Below are positions 26,214-38,149 of a DNA stretch of 64,000 nt, piece by piece. Below the pieces are notes generated by a model, which was not told the origin of the DNA, did not search any database, and was given only the letters and a program-made list of their open reading frames with translations. The position numbers and the translations under genes are program-made. Position 1 is the stretch's first letter. Each line of letters starts with the position of its first letter. The stretch comes from Lama guanicoe (taxonomy: Eukaryota), in assembly GCA_013239625.1 (NCBI GenBank), contig MU053881.1, forward strand, positions 10,406,873-10,470,872, written 5' to 3'.

Positions 26214-26720
26214 TTCCACCTTTTTCTGGGCAGAAAGAGAAATTAAAATTTTTATTGCCTTTTTTCCTTCCTCTTTCCTCTTTTATACCCTCAGATGAAA
26301 ACACTGGTGCTCTGATTCTGAACCCAGCATAACAATTTGATCTGAGGCATGTGAAAAAAAAAATAGGACTTCAAAACTTCTGCTAGTTTTTTAAACATGA
26401 AGCTAGGCTGGAAAGCAATTTTGTTTAGAAAACTTCTTATTTGAATATGCACGGGTAAGTCCTAAGGCTTACACAGGCTTGGAGAGATTGAAACAAAGAA
26501 AGGGCAATTTGCTTTGCATAATAATGTAATGGGAATTTTCTACTTCCCCCTGAAGGCCTGAGAAGGAGGATGTTGTGAGAAAGAGGAGGCCTGGGATTCA
26601 AGAAAGGAAGAGCATGAAGGATGTTTGGAGGGGATGAGTGAGTGCTGAACAAAGAGGGAGCTGACTGGGGTCTAAGAGAGCCTCTTGAGAAGTTTCTCAA
26701 AAGGGTAGTGAGGGTGTCAG

Positions 26721-28323
26721 TGAAACAGAGCAGGACCCTGGGGGATCCTCTCTGGTACAAATTCTTTCCGCGTCCCTCATTTCTTATCTGTAGGAAATAG
26801 GCTTCATTCAGCCTCCTTGACCTTCCCTGAGCTCCAAAGGGCAGATTCAAACAGTTGCTAATCAGGGAAGGGAGGGAGTGAAGAAATACGGAAGGAGCAG
26901 TCAAGAAACAATGGCGCAGCCTTGGGGCGGAGTCCTGGTTGCTTCTAAAGGAATCTACATAATAATACCTTGTAGTTCTTCTGCTGCAACTGAGGCCCCC
27001 ACCCAGGTGGAGAGCAGTAACTTCAGGAAGCATCAGATTTCTGGGGCACTGCCTTGTTACTGCTGCCCAGAAACCAGCCTCTGTACCTGAGAGCTGAACT
27101 GAGGCTCAGAGGCAGAGTTCTGGGAGGATTAGAAAAGGACGGCTTTATTGCTTTGCCGGGCAAAGGGAGTCCCAGCCGTAAAGACTGTGAGTCCGGCTTG
27201 GGGTAACGGTCCTGGGGTTTTACAGAAAAATGGGAACAAGAAGGTGATAACCAGGGTGTGAACAGCTGTATTCCTTCAATTTTGGTAAGAATTTGCTGTT
27301 GCTATGGAGACACTTACGAGGATCTGCCCATTTTCTTGAGGTTATCGGTCCATGACCTTCTTCCGAGACCTCTAGGGCAAAAGGATGAGTTACTCTCAGA
27401 AAAGAACGCACAGGGAAGGGATGCATTAGTCCTAAGACCAGTTTAGCTAGAAGGACAGGCCTGAACAACTCAACAGCCATCTTGCTAGTTCTCTCCTCTT
27501 TCAAATCCCTGCATTCCTTCCACTTCTATGGAAAAGGGAAAACAGGTGCCGGTCTCCTCTGGCTGCTTCCTGCTTCTGGGGACTCCTCCAAGGGAAGGAA
27601 CAAACATGATCATACATACCAATTCTTAGGGGCCTTTAGAAGAATCTTAATGGCCCTTCTACAGAGAAGAGGAATACCACAAAGTGTAAGCCAAAAAGGC
27701 AAACAGGCTCCTAGAACAATGCACAACAGGGAGAGAAGGAACCGAAACATCCCCGAGGAAATAGATCTTAGTCCCTGGGGAATCCAGGAAAACAGGTGGG
27801 AGAACCAGCTGGAGACTCAACGTGACTTCGGCAGAGTAGGCAGTGGAGTCACCTACCGCGTGAGTCTGACTTCTCATATCTTGGACAGATGCGGCGACAC
27901 TGCCTGTGTCACCTGGAATGGCAGTACAGCATGCAGTGTGAATGAATGACTGCACAGGTCCCCCAGCCCCCACCCCAGGAGGCGCTCAGAACATCCAAAG
28001 CCATTCGATTCTGTAACAAACAAGAAACTGGGGACTCCGGAAGGATTTGTACCAGGACCCCGCCATAGGGTCCTGCTGTTTCATTCCCTCCCCAGCAATC
28101 AATCAGAAGAAAGCCACACACCCTACAGCCCTCACTCCAAGTTTTGCCCATGAAAAAGTTTCCCCGAAAACCATCAGGGGGTTCAAGGTTTTTGAGCACA
28201 AGCCACCCGTCCTCCTGGCTGGGCCTTGCAATAAACCTTTTTCTCTTCTCCAAACTCTGACATTTTGGTTGGTTTGACCTTACTGTGTATCGGGCACACG
28301 AACTTGCCTTTGGCCACATAACT
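26721..28323 (+). mobile_element. ERV1-type solo LTR A, split by LTR B
   Basis: Starts TGAAACAGAGCAGGACCC; resumes at 28088 with CAATCAGAAGAAAG; AATAAA at 28230-28235; ends near 28318-28323; possible TSD TCAG / TCAA. Confidence 0.85.
27061..28083 (-). mobile_element. ERV1-type solo LTR B, about 1 kb, nested and inverted
   Basis: TG...CA termini; minus-strand AATAAA (TTTATT at 27144-27149); its 5' end reads TGAAACAGCAGGACCCTATGG on the minus strand; 4-bp TSD TTAC / TTCC. Confidence 0.8.
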
Positions 28324-28619
28324 TCAAAAGCATGGCTGTCTGATACCCAATCTTAAGCTGTTCCCTCCAGTACACTACAATTCCCCACCTTTATCTACAG
28401 GTCTTCCATGAGAGCTGCAGACACCAGCATTGTCTGTGATTGCTGCTCTGGAGAATGATAAACAGGAAGTTTCCATCCTGCCCTGAGAGGAGATGACCAG
28501 AGTGCACTGCAGCAGCCTGGGCGGGGGGGGTGGGGGGGTGCACAAGCTAACTGCAGAAGAGCAGGAGCAGGAGTTTGAAGCCACAGTGATGAGTTTTCAT
28601 TAAGAGAATGTATGTTTAC

Positions 28620-29080
28620 TGACCAAGAAGACCTTAACATTTCCCTCAGCTTGATTAAATTTCAGACAGGTTTCTTTCTTACTCCAGGTCCCTGACCTCA
28701 CTTTTCTGAGAGCATTTATTTGAGAAAACTTTTAAGTGTAAATTCTTCTGGGCCTTTTTGAGGTGTAAATCTCCTCCCAGCCCCGTGTCAGCTTTACAGC
28801 CCAGGCATGTCTTTCTCGAGACCTGGGATCTATCCCTTTGAAGTGCAATCCCCAAGAAAGACAGTGCTATCTCCCCATCTTTAGGTGGCCTAAATGTACC
28901 GAATAACTTCCCACCTACTGTCCTCCAGGACTTCCCTATCTGTTTACCCCAGTGCTGAAAAAAACACTTCCACCTTTGTTTCAAGGAGCTTGATTCAGTT
29001 TCTCTTTCCTACTGCAACGGTCTTGAATAACATCTCCCTTGTTATTTTTAATAAATATCTAGCCGAACTCCTCTTTAATA
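28620..29080 (+). mobile_element. ERV1 solo LTR (MER67/MER31-like group)
   Basis: TGACCAAGAAGACCTTAACATTTCCCTCAGCTTGA start; GAGCATTTATTTGAGAAAACTT; GTCTTGAATAAC near the end; ends CTCTTTAATA. Confidence 0.75.
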
Positions 29081-30274
29081 TTGGGGGCTATCAATCAAAT
29101 ATCCCAGGAACTGTTAGAAAACTGAGATCTCTGGTCTCCGTACAGCACGTGGCACGGCAGAGCTTCGTCGGCACTGCCCGCCCAGCATCTATTCACTCTT
29201 TTTCTTATATCATCACTGGGACTTCACTTTAAAAAGCTCTACTGTGTAGAGCTTTGTGGGAACTGTAAATCAACATGCATGGCCTCCTCTCCCCATTCTT
29301 TTGCCAAGTGATGGACCTGAAACTGGGACAGAGCTAGGATGATGAAAGACTCAAGGGTATTTGCATCTTTAATTGAATGCCTCGGGACGGAAAATGTTTG
29401 AAACAAATCCATCCCCATGTCAGCAGTTTGAAGAGACTATTCATTAGTCTTCGCTCTTTTAGCTCCAGACATCTTACAAAACAGAGTTCTTGACTTCTTT
29501 CTGTCTTCTGAGCTACCAAGCCACCTACAGCCTTCCCTCGTCACCATCTTTATTATTTTTTCTTACCTTAACCATTACTCACATTTTGCTGCTTGCAGTA
29601 ACATAAGCATAATGGGCACATGTAAATGGGCCCCCATTTTTATATGCAGAATACAGGACAGGGAGACCACAGTATATTCCGTCCTGTCCAGTCCTATTCT
29701 ATCATTTTCCTCCCTCCTTTTATTCTTCCTTTATCTCTCAACTAATTATCTACCTGTTGGTCAGTATACACAGATTTTAATTATATTTTTAATAGAGCTT
29801 TCTAACTTCTGGCTTTTGTTTTCTATTAGCTTTTTTCTTTTCTTTTTTCTATTTTTCCTGATGTAATTCCCAGCCATACTGTTGGCTTAACAGTCGGTTG
29901 TAAACAGGACATCCGTGTCTCACTGTGTGGGTCTTACTATCTATAACTCTAGGGCATACACGATATCTGCAAAACTCACTTGTTGTCCTGGAGGGAGGGT
30001 TCTTGATACTGAAGATGACACTGACCTCTTTCAGATCTATCCCGCAGGTCATGGTGAGCATTCTCACTCTTGTCTTCTCCTCTGTGCTGTTTCCCACCTC
30101 ACATGCAAACTGCTAGCCTGAATTCAAGACTTCACGACTTCCTAGTCTTAGATCATGGGACAAATGCGAGAATCAAAACCTTTACAAATAGACTGGAGGT
30201 GTCAGGAAGGAAGGACGGGGATGAGTTTTGAAACCTATCACCTCTGCATTAGGCAGAGCATGGGAATACAAAAA

Positions 30275-30520
30275 CAAAGCACGTGACTTGAAGTTGATCA
30301 GACCTCTGTTAGAATCTTGGCTCAAAATGTTAAAAAGCATTTCAATTTTGGTTTCTATCGATGCTACTGTTGTTTTAAGAGGGGACGTACATTCATTCTC
30401 AGTCTCCTCATGTGTGACATGGAGATTATAATTCTTATTTTGAGGTTGCTATGAAATTCTGTAAATGAAACTCTCCAGTACCCAGTACATAAGGCCCACG
30501 AAATAAGTAGAGGGGATAAG
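30275..30520 (+). mobile_element. MIR
   Basis: CAGACCTCTGTTAGAATCTTGGCTC...CTCAGTCTCCTCATGTGTGACATGGAGATTATAAT. Confidence 0.65.
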
Positions 30521-31175
30521 AATAATGTTGATTAATTACTGTTACTTTTTTATGGTGATGAGAGCAATCCCTAACGATGGTGCATTACATTGGTGGACGT
30601 ACATTACCAGTATTTATCAGTGAGTGTCATTGTACCAGGTATGAGTAAGAAAACAGACGAAAAGACTTAAAGTCAGTAAACACAACCTAGATATAAATAC
30701 TACAACCTCATCTTTTATGTCACTTAAATAATTGAAACACTTCTCATTGAATAATGAAGTTATTTAAGGAGAAACATCAGAAGCGCATCCAGCCGGCAGA
30801 TCTAACTGCTTTTGCCTCAAGTGACATGTTCCCAGCAGTGGGTTATATTGTGCCTTCATAAAACGTGCTCTGTCATTTTTTTTTTCAGTGCTGTTAGTTT
30901 TGGCGGATAGTTACAAAAACTATCTATCTACGTTGTATAAAAGCTCTGGATGAAAATAAGGGAGTCAGTGATTCCTAATGTAGGTGAAGCCCTCCGACAA
31001 TTTAATGCCAAACCTGCTCAAAACAGAGGAGTGAAACTGACACTTCTGTGGCGCAATACACAGATACAGGGATGTTAACGCGGAAATGGCAGGGCTTCTG
31101 CTTTATCACATATGTTTTATGAGAAATTGCATCTACCTTAAGGGCATGATATGGAGTTAAATTTTTGCCCTAGGT

Positions 31176-31285
31176 CAGCATTTCCTGAAAAATATTTTAT
31201 TAGGTGTCTTCAAAAGGAGCTTGCCAATGAACTAAGTTTGGCCAACACTAGGTTAACAGAGTTAAGCAAATTCTCCCTTATGGCC
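31176..31285. mobile_element. MER103C-like hAT-Charlie fragment
   Basis: CAGCATTTCCTGAAA...TAAGTTTGGCCAACACTAGGTTAACAGAGTTAAGCA. Confidence 0.5.
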
Positions 31286-31319
31286 CATCTTGTTTTTGTA
31301 CCACCAATGTAAGAGCTAC

Positions 31320-31680
31320 TGTTAATCACAATCTAGCATCTCTGTATTTCTTAGTAGTTGGGCATAAGGCTCAAGTTATACCACATTTCTCAGACTTCCA
31401 GGCAGTTAGGCGAGGCCATATGACTAAATTCTCCCCCAACAGAATGTGCATTAAACTGACATATGTTAGTTAATGGCCTGGCCCATAAAACCTCCCCTGA
31501 GCAGTCCTCCATCAGCTCACACACTTCCTGCTGACGACATGACAATACACTAGAGTCATCTGAAGTCACCTTTTGAAAATGACAAAACCACTGTCATCTT
31601 GGGTCTGCAAATGAGACCACGGAGCAGAGAGCAAAACTCTCTCTGCTAAATTAAAACCACCATCCTGAACTGCCTTCTCA
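31320..31680 (+). mobile_element. MLT1J-like MaLR LTR fragment
   Basis: CACATTTCTCAGACTTCCAGGCAGTTAGGCGAGGCCATATGACTAAATTCT...GGCCTGGCCCATAAAACCTCCC. Confidence 0.75.
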
Positions 31681-33619
31681 CAGCCTCGGCTGTCTCCCCT
31701 CCACTATGCACCCACTTTTTAAAACTCTAAATAATGTTACTTAATTAAAAATTTAAAAAAAGAGACACATTCTTGGCATTATGCAGGTACATATCTGGAT
31801 TTTTGGACTTAGGCATACTGCACAGTTTGTTATTTGGTTGGATATCATAGGCACTGAAGTTCTGGGAAACGTCCTCATCCAACCATCATTGTTTTTGTCA
31901 CCTTCACATTAATTAACAGAGGGATTACATGGAAATAACTTTCCTTGGGTTGCGTATAACTCGATTATTAATCATGAGAATAAACTTCAAAGAAACTAAT
32001 TTGAGATCGACAAAATAGGACCTGTATTTATTTCGGAGTGGTGAAAATCCACTGAATGAAACATAGAATACCTTTCAATATTTTTACCGACTTTCACATG
32101 TTTAACCTCTTTTATTGCCAGAGGGGTAGATATGAGGTTGGGTTCTCTATTAGCTACAACTTTTTAAAAAAACAATGACTTTAACCAGCATTTATCTGAA
32201 AACCATTAAATACTGTAATCCCAACACCTATCACTGGTTCTCAGGCTAAAACTGTTAATTAGCAAGCATTAAACTTATTGATTTAGAGACAGGCATCTCT
32301 TTGATAAGATTTTGAACTGCCCAAAACAGCATATGGTAGTAACTCTGAGTATTAGAGTTCTGAAGAAAAATAAAGTCACCACCCACATCCACACACATAA
32401 ATTCCATTATTCATCTTACTATGAATCCCTATTGAGATCACCGCTTTTCTTTTTGTTTTTCTTTTTTCATTTGGAAATCTAGACTTGGGTGTCTGAATAT
32501 ACACGTGGCATGTTTTTTTCTACCGCAGATTTTTGACGTGGATAACAACACGGCAAAATGAAATGCTTTCTTGTGGACATTAAGAGAGGACTAATTGTTT
32601 ACTGTGGGAAAAGCATATACTGCGTAGGTTGGTCTAGACTTGCCCCATTCTTTCATTTCCAGTGCCAAATTCAAGACGTCGGTCATACCTAATGTGCTGA
32701 GAAAGAGTCTGATGCTGAGTCTCAGCTCAGGAAAGAAGTATGGCTGGCGTTGATTAGTAATGATGACTGTGAGCTACGGTGTGTCAGGGGTTCACTTTTC
32801 CTGTAAACAGCAACCTAAATTTTGGTTGAGGTAAGGCAGCACTTCATTGAATGGCATAGTTATTCTGATAATCTGGTTATGCAAGTTGTAAGCCAGTTTT
32901 TCTGTGGCAGGGTACTAACACATTACATTTGAAACACAGGGAAGATTTGGATTACCAGCTTTTTACTGATAGCAAAATATTATCTCGGAGTAAATCTAAT
33001 GATTTGATCTCCCTCCCCTCCCTTTCCTTTCTATGAGCATTTCTCCTATTTGATTATACTCATCTTTCGCCTCAGGGAAGAGTAGGATTGACATCAAAGG
33101 AAAGTAAGGAGTAAGTGAGTCGATAATGAGGTTTTCGCTCCTGCAGGTAGACCCTTTAAGTCTTTATCAGAGAAAACTTCTGTGGAAAAAAAAAATGAGT
33201 ACTTTAATTTGCAAGCACTTGGATATTATTTTGGTGGGGATCTAGGGGCAGATAGAGTCTCATTCTGAAAGAATAAGACAAAAACTTAACTATAAACATT
33301 AACTGATGAAAGGATAAATGGTTATGACCCTGGAAGATAGAGGGGTCGTGAGAAGAGAGGACAGGGCAGCCCACCTAGCTCTAGAAAGACCACAGTGGAG
33401 CTGGCTGTGAGAGACCAGGTACCTAGTCCCTGCCTGGGTGGACAGAGTCACCAGAGTGAGTTCTTTTCCTTTCCAGGTGCCACCCTCATTCTGCCTGCTC
33501 AGGCTCATCCTAGTTCCCCTTCTCTTTACTCATTCTTGGGGCACATTCTCCCCCACAGCTGCCTGAACTTTGCCCTGGCAATTCCTTGAGAAGTAATCCT
33601 GCCAGATTTTTTCCTTATC

Positions 33620-33770
33620 TCTTCTGCCTACCTTATGATTGTAAAACTGTTCAGGAATCTTACAAACCACTGGTTATCAGTCATGGTAGGATACTGATGC
33701 CATGAACGCTGGCAAACGCTACAAATCCGCTACCGATAATCTCCCCAACACTGGTGGTAAAGCCACGGCC
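33620..33770. mobile_element. MER63-like hAT fragment
   Basis: TTCAGGAATCTTAC...ATCAGTCATGGTAGGA...TGGCAAACGCTACAAATC. Confidence 0.55.
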
Positions 33771-34959
33771 AAAGAAAGAGGGCCAGGAACTGGGGAGCCG
33801 TCCCTCAGAACCGCATTAAGACAGCACAGAAGTAAACAGAAGTATCTGTAGATATCCCCACACTATTAACGTCTCCTCATCACCAATGATTCTTCACTAA
33901 AGACTTATGCTATGTGAAGCCCTATGATACTGAATATATTCTAGCAAACTTAAGAACAGTCACCTACACATGCTTTTAAATACCACGCCCCTTGGAGAAA
34001 AAAAAAAGACTGAGAATTGCAATTTCAAATAAAATGGAAATATAATACAATGAAATGATTTATTCCTAAAAATCATGACACCTGCTTAAAAATATGAAGA
34101 CTAAACCTATATAGATTGGTTTCAAGGAAGTATATGATTCCCATCTGCATAATTGCCCTCACCAAGAAATGAGGATTTTTCCTTCCCTCTGTTTTTTTGG
34201 AACCATTCAAGCAAAAGATCATTAACAGCCTGATGATTCTGCAAAACATGTTTACCTCAGGAAAATTCCTGGGCAATATGGAAACCACAGGAGTGGCTTA
34301 AGCTGCCCACTCAAATGCTTTATGTTGTTTTCAATTTAAGGTTTAATGAATCAGAGCTGAAAAATGTGACCCCCCCCCACCGCCAACACACCTGTTTCTA
34401 TGAGGAAGTCAAGTATCAAAAAGTCTGTGAACATCATTTCTCTAGTTTCTTATTAATGACATGACACAACTGTGAATTTCGGAAGTTGTGGTCCCCACGA
34501 CTTCCCAAAGGTCGTTTGTAACTACATCTCCTAAGAGCTCGGAGCCCTTGCCATCCACAGAAGGAAGTTGATCGGCTGACAGTAATGAGACAAATATGTA
34601 TTAGCTTCATGCCTCAGAAACTGTAATGCCCCTTGTGAATCCTTGACATTTACTGTGTGCAATCTCCCCTGGTACGAAATGCAGTTTGAAAAACAGCTGG
34701 AACACACGAACGTGCCGGCAAACGCTCCGGCAGCCAGGAGCTGGCTTGTTAAATGACGCTGTAACCTGTTCCTTGAGTCCTGATTAGGGTGTGTGCGTAA
34801 AAGAGCTGCAGATACTTGGAAGGGATGTTTAATGCCAAATCATTTTTTTTTATAACAGCTTCTTTTTATTTGAATCTGGACCTCACTACTAAAAAAAAAA
34901 AGTCTAGATTTTTAGGAATGTGATTTTTTTTTCATGCATCAGGGCTTTATAACATAACT

Positions 34960-35560
34960 CTGATACCATCACTCCCCAAAGCATTTAGAATAAAATCCAA
35001 AATCTAAACTCTTGCAGCTCTTTGATCTATAAAACTCTCGGTGAGCAGGGAGGGGAGGGAGGGAGGATACAGCTCAGTGGCAGAGTTCATGGTTAGCATG
35101 CACAGTGTCCTGGGTTCAATCTGCAAAAAATAAGTAAACTTAATTAAAAACCTGTCTATGAGCGAGCTAGCATCTAACTCATCTAAGGTAGCTCCCTACC
35201 ACTGTCCCTCATCTTCTTACACTGACTAGTCTTCTTACCTTCTGGTCCTAACACGCCAAGCCCAGGAAGCCTCCAGGACTTGGTGTTTGCGGGTCTTTCT
35301 CCAGCAATGCTCCCCTCGCACCATCAGTCTTTGCTTGGTTGGACCCTTTCCTTCCTTCCAAGCACAGCTCAGATTTCTCATCCTCAGAAAGACTTTCCGG
35401 GACCACTCAACCAGTTTAGCCATTGTCACTCACTTACCCTTTATCACATTGCCCAGATTTATATTCTTTATATCATATTAGATTTTTTTTTGCTAACTTT
35501 TATTTCAATAGCACATGACCTCCAGAGAACAGTAGACATTTTTTCTGCCTTTGTTTGGAT
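34960..35560 (+). mobile_element. L2 fragment interrupted by a SINE
   Basis: GCATTTAGAATAAAATCCAAAA...CTCAGATTTCTCATCCTCAGAAAGACTTTCC. Confidence 0.7.
35058..35145 (+). mobile_element. Camelid tRNA-derived SINE (Vic-1-like)
   Basis: ACAGCTCAGTGGCAGAG...TTAGCATGCAC...TCCTGGGTTCAATC...AAACTTAATTA. Confidence 0.85.
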
Positions 35561-36349
35561 CACAAAAAAGTTGCTCTAATCCTGATAAATTTTGAGAATG
35601 TTCTGTTTTCCACTGAGCACGTCCACTTGGAAATGCATTGAAAAGCACTTTCAATATCTTGGCAAAGGATCACAGAACCTATGAATAATGGAATCAGAAA
35701 GATTACCTAGTCTGACCACCTTGTTTTAAAGTTGGAAGTGCTGAATTGAAATGGCAGACTCAGATACTCATTTCTGACTCCGATTTCAAAGCTCTCTCCC
35801 ACATCACAGTATCTGTGATGAAGATTTACCATTAGACAGGCTTTAGGAAAAATATCAGTTTTGTCTAAAATTATCAAAATGTTTGAAAAATTAAATGGAA
35901 CTTATTTTTTGAAATTCTAGTTGGGGGAGAATCTGAGTTTTTTCTTTTTTGGGTAGAGAAAAAAGTTAAACTGAGGTACACAAAATTTTCCACAGCTGTA
36001 TCTGTCTCATGTAACATTCCCAAAGCATTTCCATTCTCATTTTCAAAAGTCTGCTTGAGAAACTTCTCCTGTGTTCATGCAATCATTCATCTGTGCTTTA
36101 ATGCTTATGGAGAACTGCGGGAGGCAAAGCAGAGAACGAGAACTCATGGACACAGAAAGTTTCCGGATTAACTGCGGTGGCAAGAATGCCACCGGTGGCA
36201 ACAAAGGCACAAAGGTCATGGCTAACTGGCCAACAAAGGTGGCAGAGATGTCCCAAACACATCATCTTCCTAAAACATGAAGATTCATTTTCTGAATGGC
36301 TATTTGTCAGGAATTTGGGTAGACGGATTTCCAATTCTCCTATTTCCCC

Positions 36350-36660
36350 TGAAAACGAGGGATTATAATTTCCATTTTATAGATGAAGAAACTGATGATC
36401 AATGAGGTGAAAAAAACTGTTCAGGGAACTATATTCAATATCCTGTAATAACCTTTAATGAAAAAGACTATGAAAACGAATATATGTATGCATATGCACG
36501 CCTGGGACATTGTGCTGTACACCAGAAACTGACACATTGTAACGGACTATACTTCAATTTAAAAAAATTTTTAGTTAAAAAAAAAAAGTGTTCAATGTCA
36601 CACAGTGCATTCGTTCAGAGCTAGGGATCTGACTCTAAAAACTACCATCTTTATCCAGTG
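36350..36660 (-). mobile_element. MIR interrupted by a short L1
   Basis: TTTCCATTTTATAGATGAAGAAACTGA resumes after the L1 as ATGTCACACAG...AGAGCTAGGGATCTGACTC. Confidence 0.75.
36424..36580 (+). mobile_element. Very short 5'-truncated camelid L1 3' end
   Basis: Closely matches 16590-16730; TSD AAAAAAACTGTTCA (36410-36423) / AAAAAAAGTGTTCA (36581-36594). Confidence 0.92.
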
Positions 36661-37293
36661 TCAGTGTTTTTTCATCCACGTGCACAGACAGAACCCACTG
36701 GAACTCTAAGGAATGAATGCAGCTCCACACACCCAGCCATTTTTAACCTGAGCCCCTTAGTGCCTCTCTGGTTGATCATGTAGGCAAAACAGTTAAAAGG
36801 ATGGACTGCAAAGGGGTAGGGATAATAGAAGTAGTCTTTGGTGTTAAAAAAAAATAAATAATTGGGGTAGAGCTCATCAGAAGCTCCACCATGGATTAGA
36901 AGGGTAAACAGAGATGCGTGCAGACGGGATTAATCCTGAAGGATGTTATTAGCACCAAATCAGACAAGCAGCTGTATACAATGGTGTGGGGTACTGGCTG
37001 AGTTTCACTTTGACAGGTCAGGTTCCCCGCCGTGAGTGGGTGATTCTCAGGCCTGTCAGTTATCAATCGTATTAAAAACCATCCCTGGCCAGCACCTTAG
37101 AGGGGAATTCCAAGGCAATGAGACATGTTTTAAGCACAGATGTCCCAGGTCTTATGTGAGGTACTTTCGTTGAACCTCACCCTGTCTACCTACCAGATAA
37201 TTGTCATTATTTACATTTCATTGATTTGGAGAAGAGGCTCAGAATTGATACTCTTTGCCTAAGATTAAGTAACTAACATAGGTGTTTTCTTGT

Positions 37294-37985
37294 TGTTATT
37301 TTGCTAGCCAGTGTCCATCAGTCTTTATTCTGGTAATTGTACCTTACATCTCTTTAAAAAACTTTTTTTTGGGTGCATGTTTGTTTGTGTTGGTGGGGAG
37401 TGGTAATTAGGTGTATTTATTTATTTTTAATGGAGGTGCTGGGGATTGAACTCAGAACCTCATGCATGCTAGGCATGTGCTCTACCACTGAGCTACAGCC
37501 TCCTCCCCTCCCAGTACCTTGTATTTCTTTGCTGAACCGCCTGTCTCTAAATAGTAGTCTATACGCTACCCTAGATCTGAGGAGTGTTTAAAAAAAAAAA
37601 TTGCTGTGCTTCTCTGGCCACGGTGATACCCTTATAAAACACTGTAATTCCAGCCAAGACAATTCAGAACTTAAGTAGAACTTTTGCTTGAGTGGTTGGG
37701 AAAGGGAAAGTTCTTCTCTGCTTGAAACAGGGCTATGAGGATGCAAGTCTGACACGACTGTAAACTGCCATATGAGGAGGGTCCATCTTCAAATAAACTG
37801 GACAGCAGAACAGTTTTAACAGAGTGAGGACAAACATTTTAGACCTCAGCAAGTCCGTATGCACCTGAAGTCAGAAACCTTCCTACGACTTTTTCTATTT
37901 CATTGACTACTACACTCACTTATTTGCTTAAGCCAAGTTGATTGAGATGATCTGCTACTTACGACCCAAAGAGTCCAGAATAGTG
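37294..37985 (+). mobile_element. MLT1K/L-like MaLR LTR interrupted by a SINE
   Basis: CTCTGGCCACGGTGAT...CACCTGAAGTCAG...GCTTAAGCCAAGTTGA...CCCAAAGAGTCC. Confidence 0.7.
37356..37513 (-). mobile_element. Camelid tRNA-derived SINE (Vic-1-like)
   Basis: GTAATTAGG...GGGGATTGAACTCAGAACCTCATGCATGCTAGGCATGTGCTCTACCACTGAGCTA; TSD 37339-37355 / 37514-37530 (14/17 match). Confidence 0.92.
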
Positions 37986-37999
37986 GTGCGTGAAAATGT

Positions 38000-38149
38000 A
38001 TAGAGATAATTTTTGGTTGTCACTGTAATACAATAGTAGTATTGGCATTTAATGAGCAAGGACCAGGGATTCCTAAAGCTGCAGGAAAATTCTGCAGATG
38101 GAAAAACTGTTCTGTCCCACATGCCAAATTACTCCCTAGAGAAACACTG
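38000..38149. mobile_element. MER20-like hAT-Charlie fragment
   Basis: TTTTTGGTTGTCAC...TGGCATTTAATGAGCAAGGACCAGGGAT...GAGAAACACTG. Confidence 0.6.

Noticed and set aside
26437..27033. Longest ORF in the track (198 aa, minus strand)
   Set aside because: About half is antisense to LTR A and the rest is purine-rich flank; no recognisable domain. Most likely a chance ORF.
27049..27905. Apparent 6-bp TSD CTGCCT around 27055-27899
   Set aside because: The homologous LTR 5' end at 28083 and the TTAC/TTCC TSD explain the nesting better; the CTGCCT match is probably coincidental.
27482..28319. ORFs of 155, 104 and 136 aa suggesting retroviral genes
   Set aside because: They lie entirely within solo LTRs; there are no gag/pol/env motifs, primer-binding site or internal region.
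29849..30130. Minus-strand frame resembling an Ig F-strand (FACEVGNS) ending at an A|GTGAGT donor
   Set aside because: There is an in-frame TAG immediately upstream and no other Ig-domain hallmarks. At most it is a non-coding exon candidate.
32511..32836. Plus-strand acceptor/donor pair defining a 302-nt exon
   Set aside because: No ORF, and it is opposite to the inferred host strand; unsupported without RNA data.
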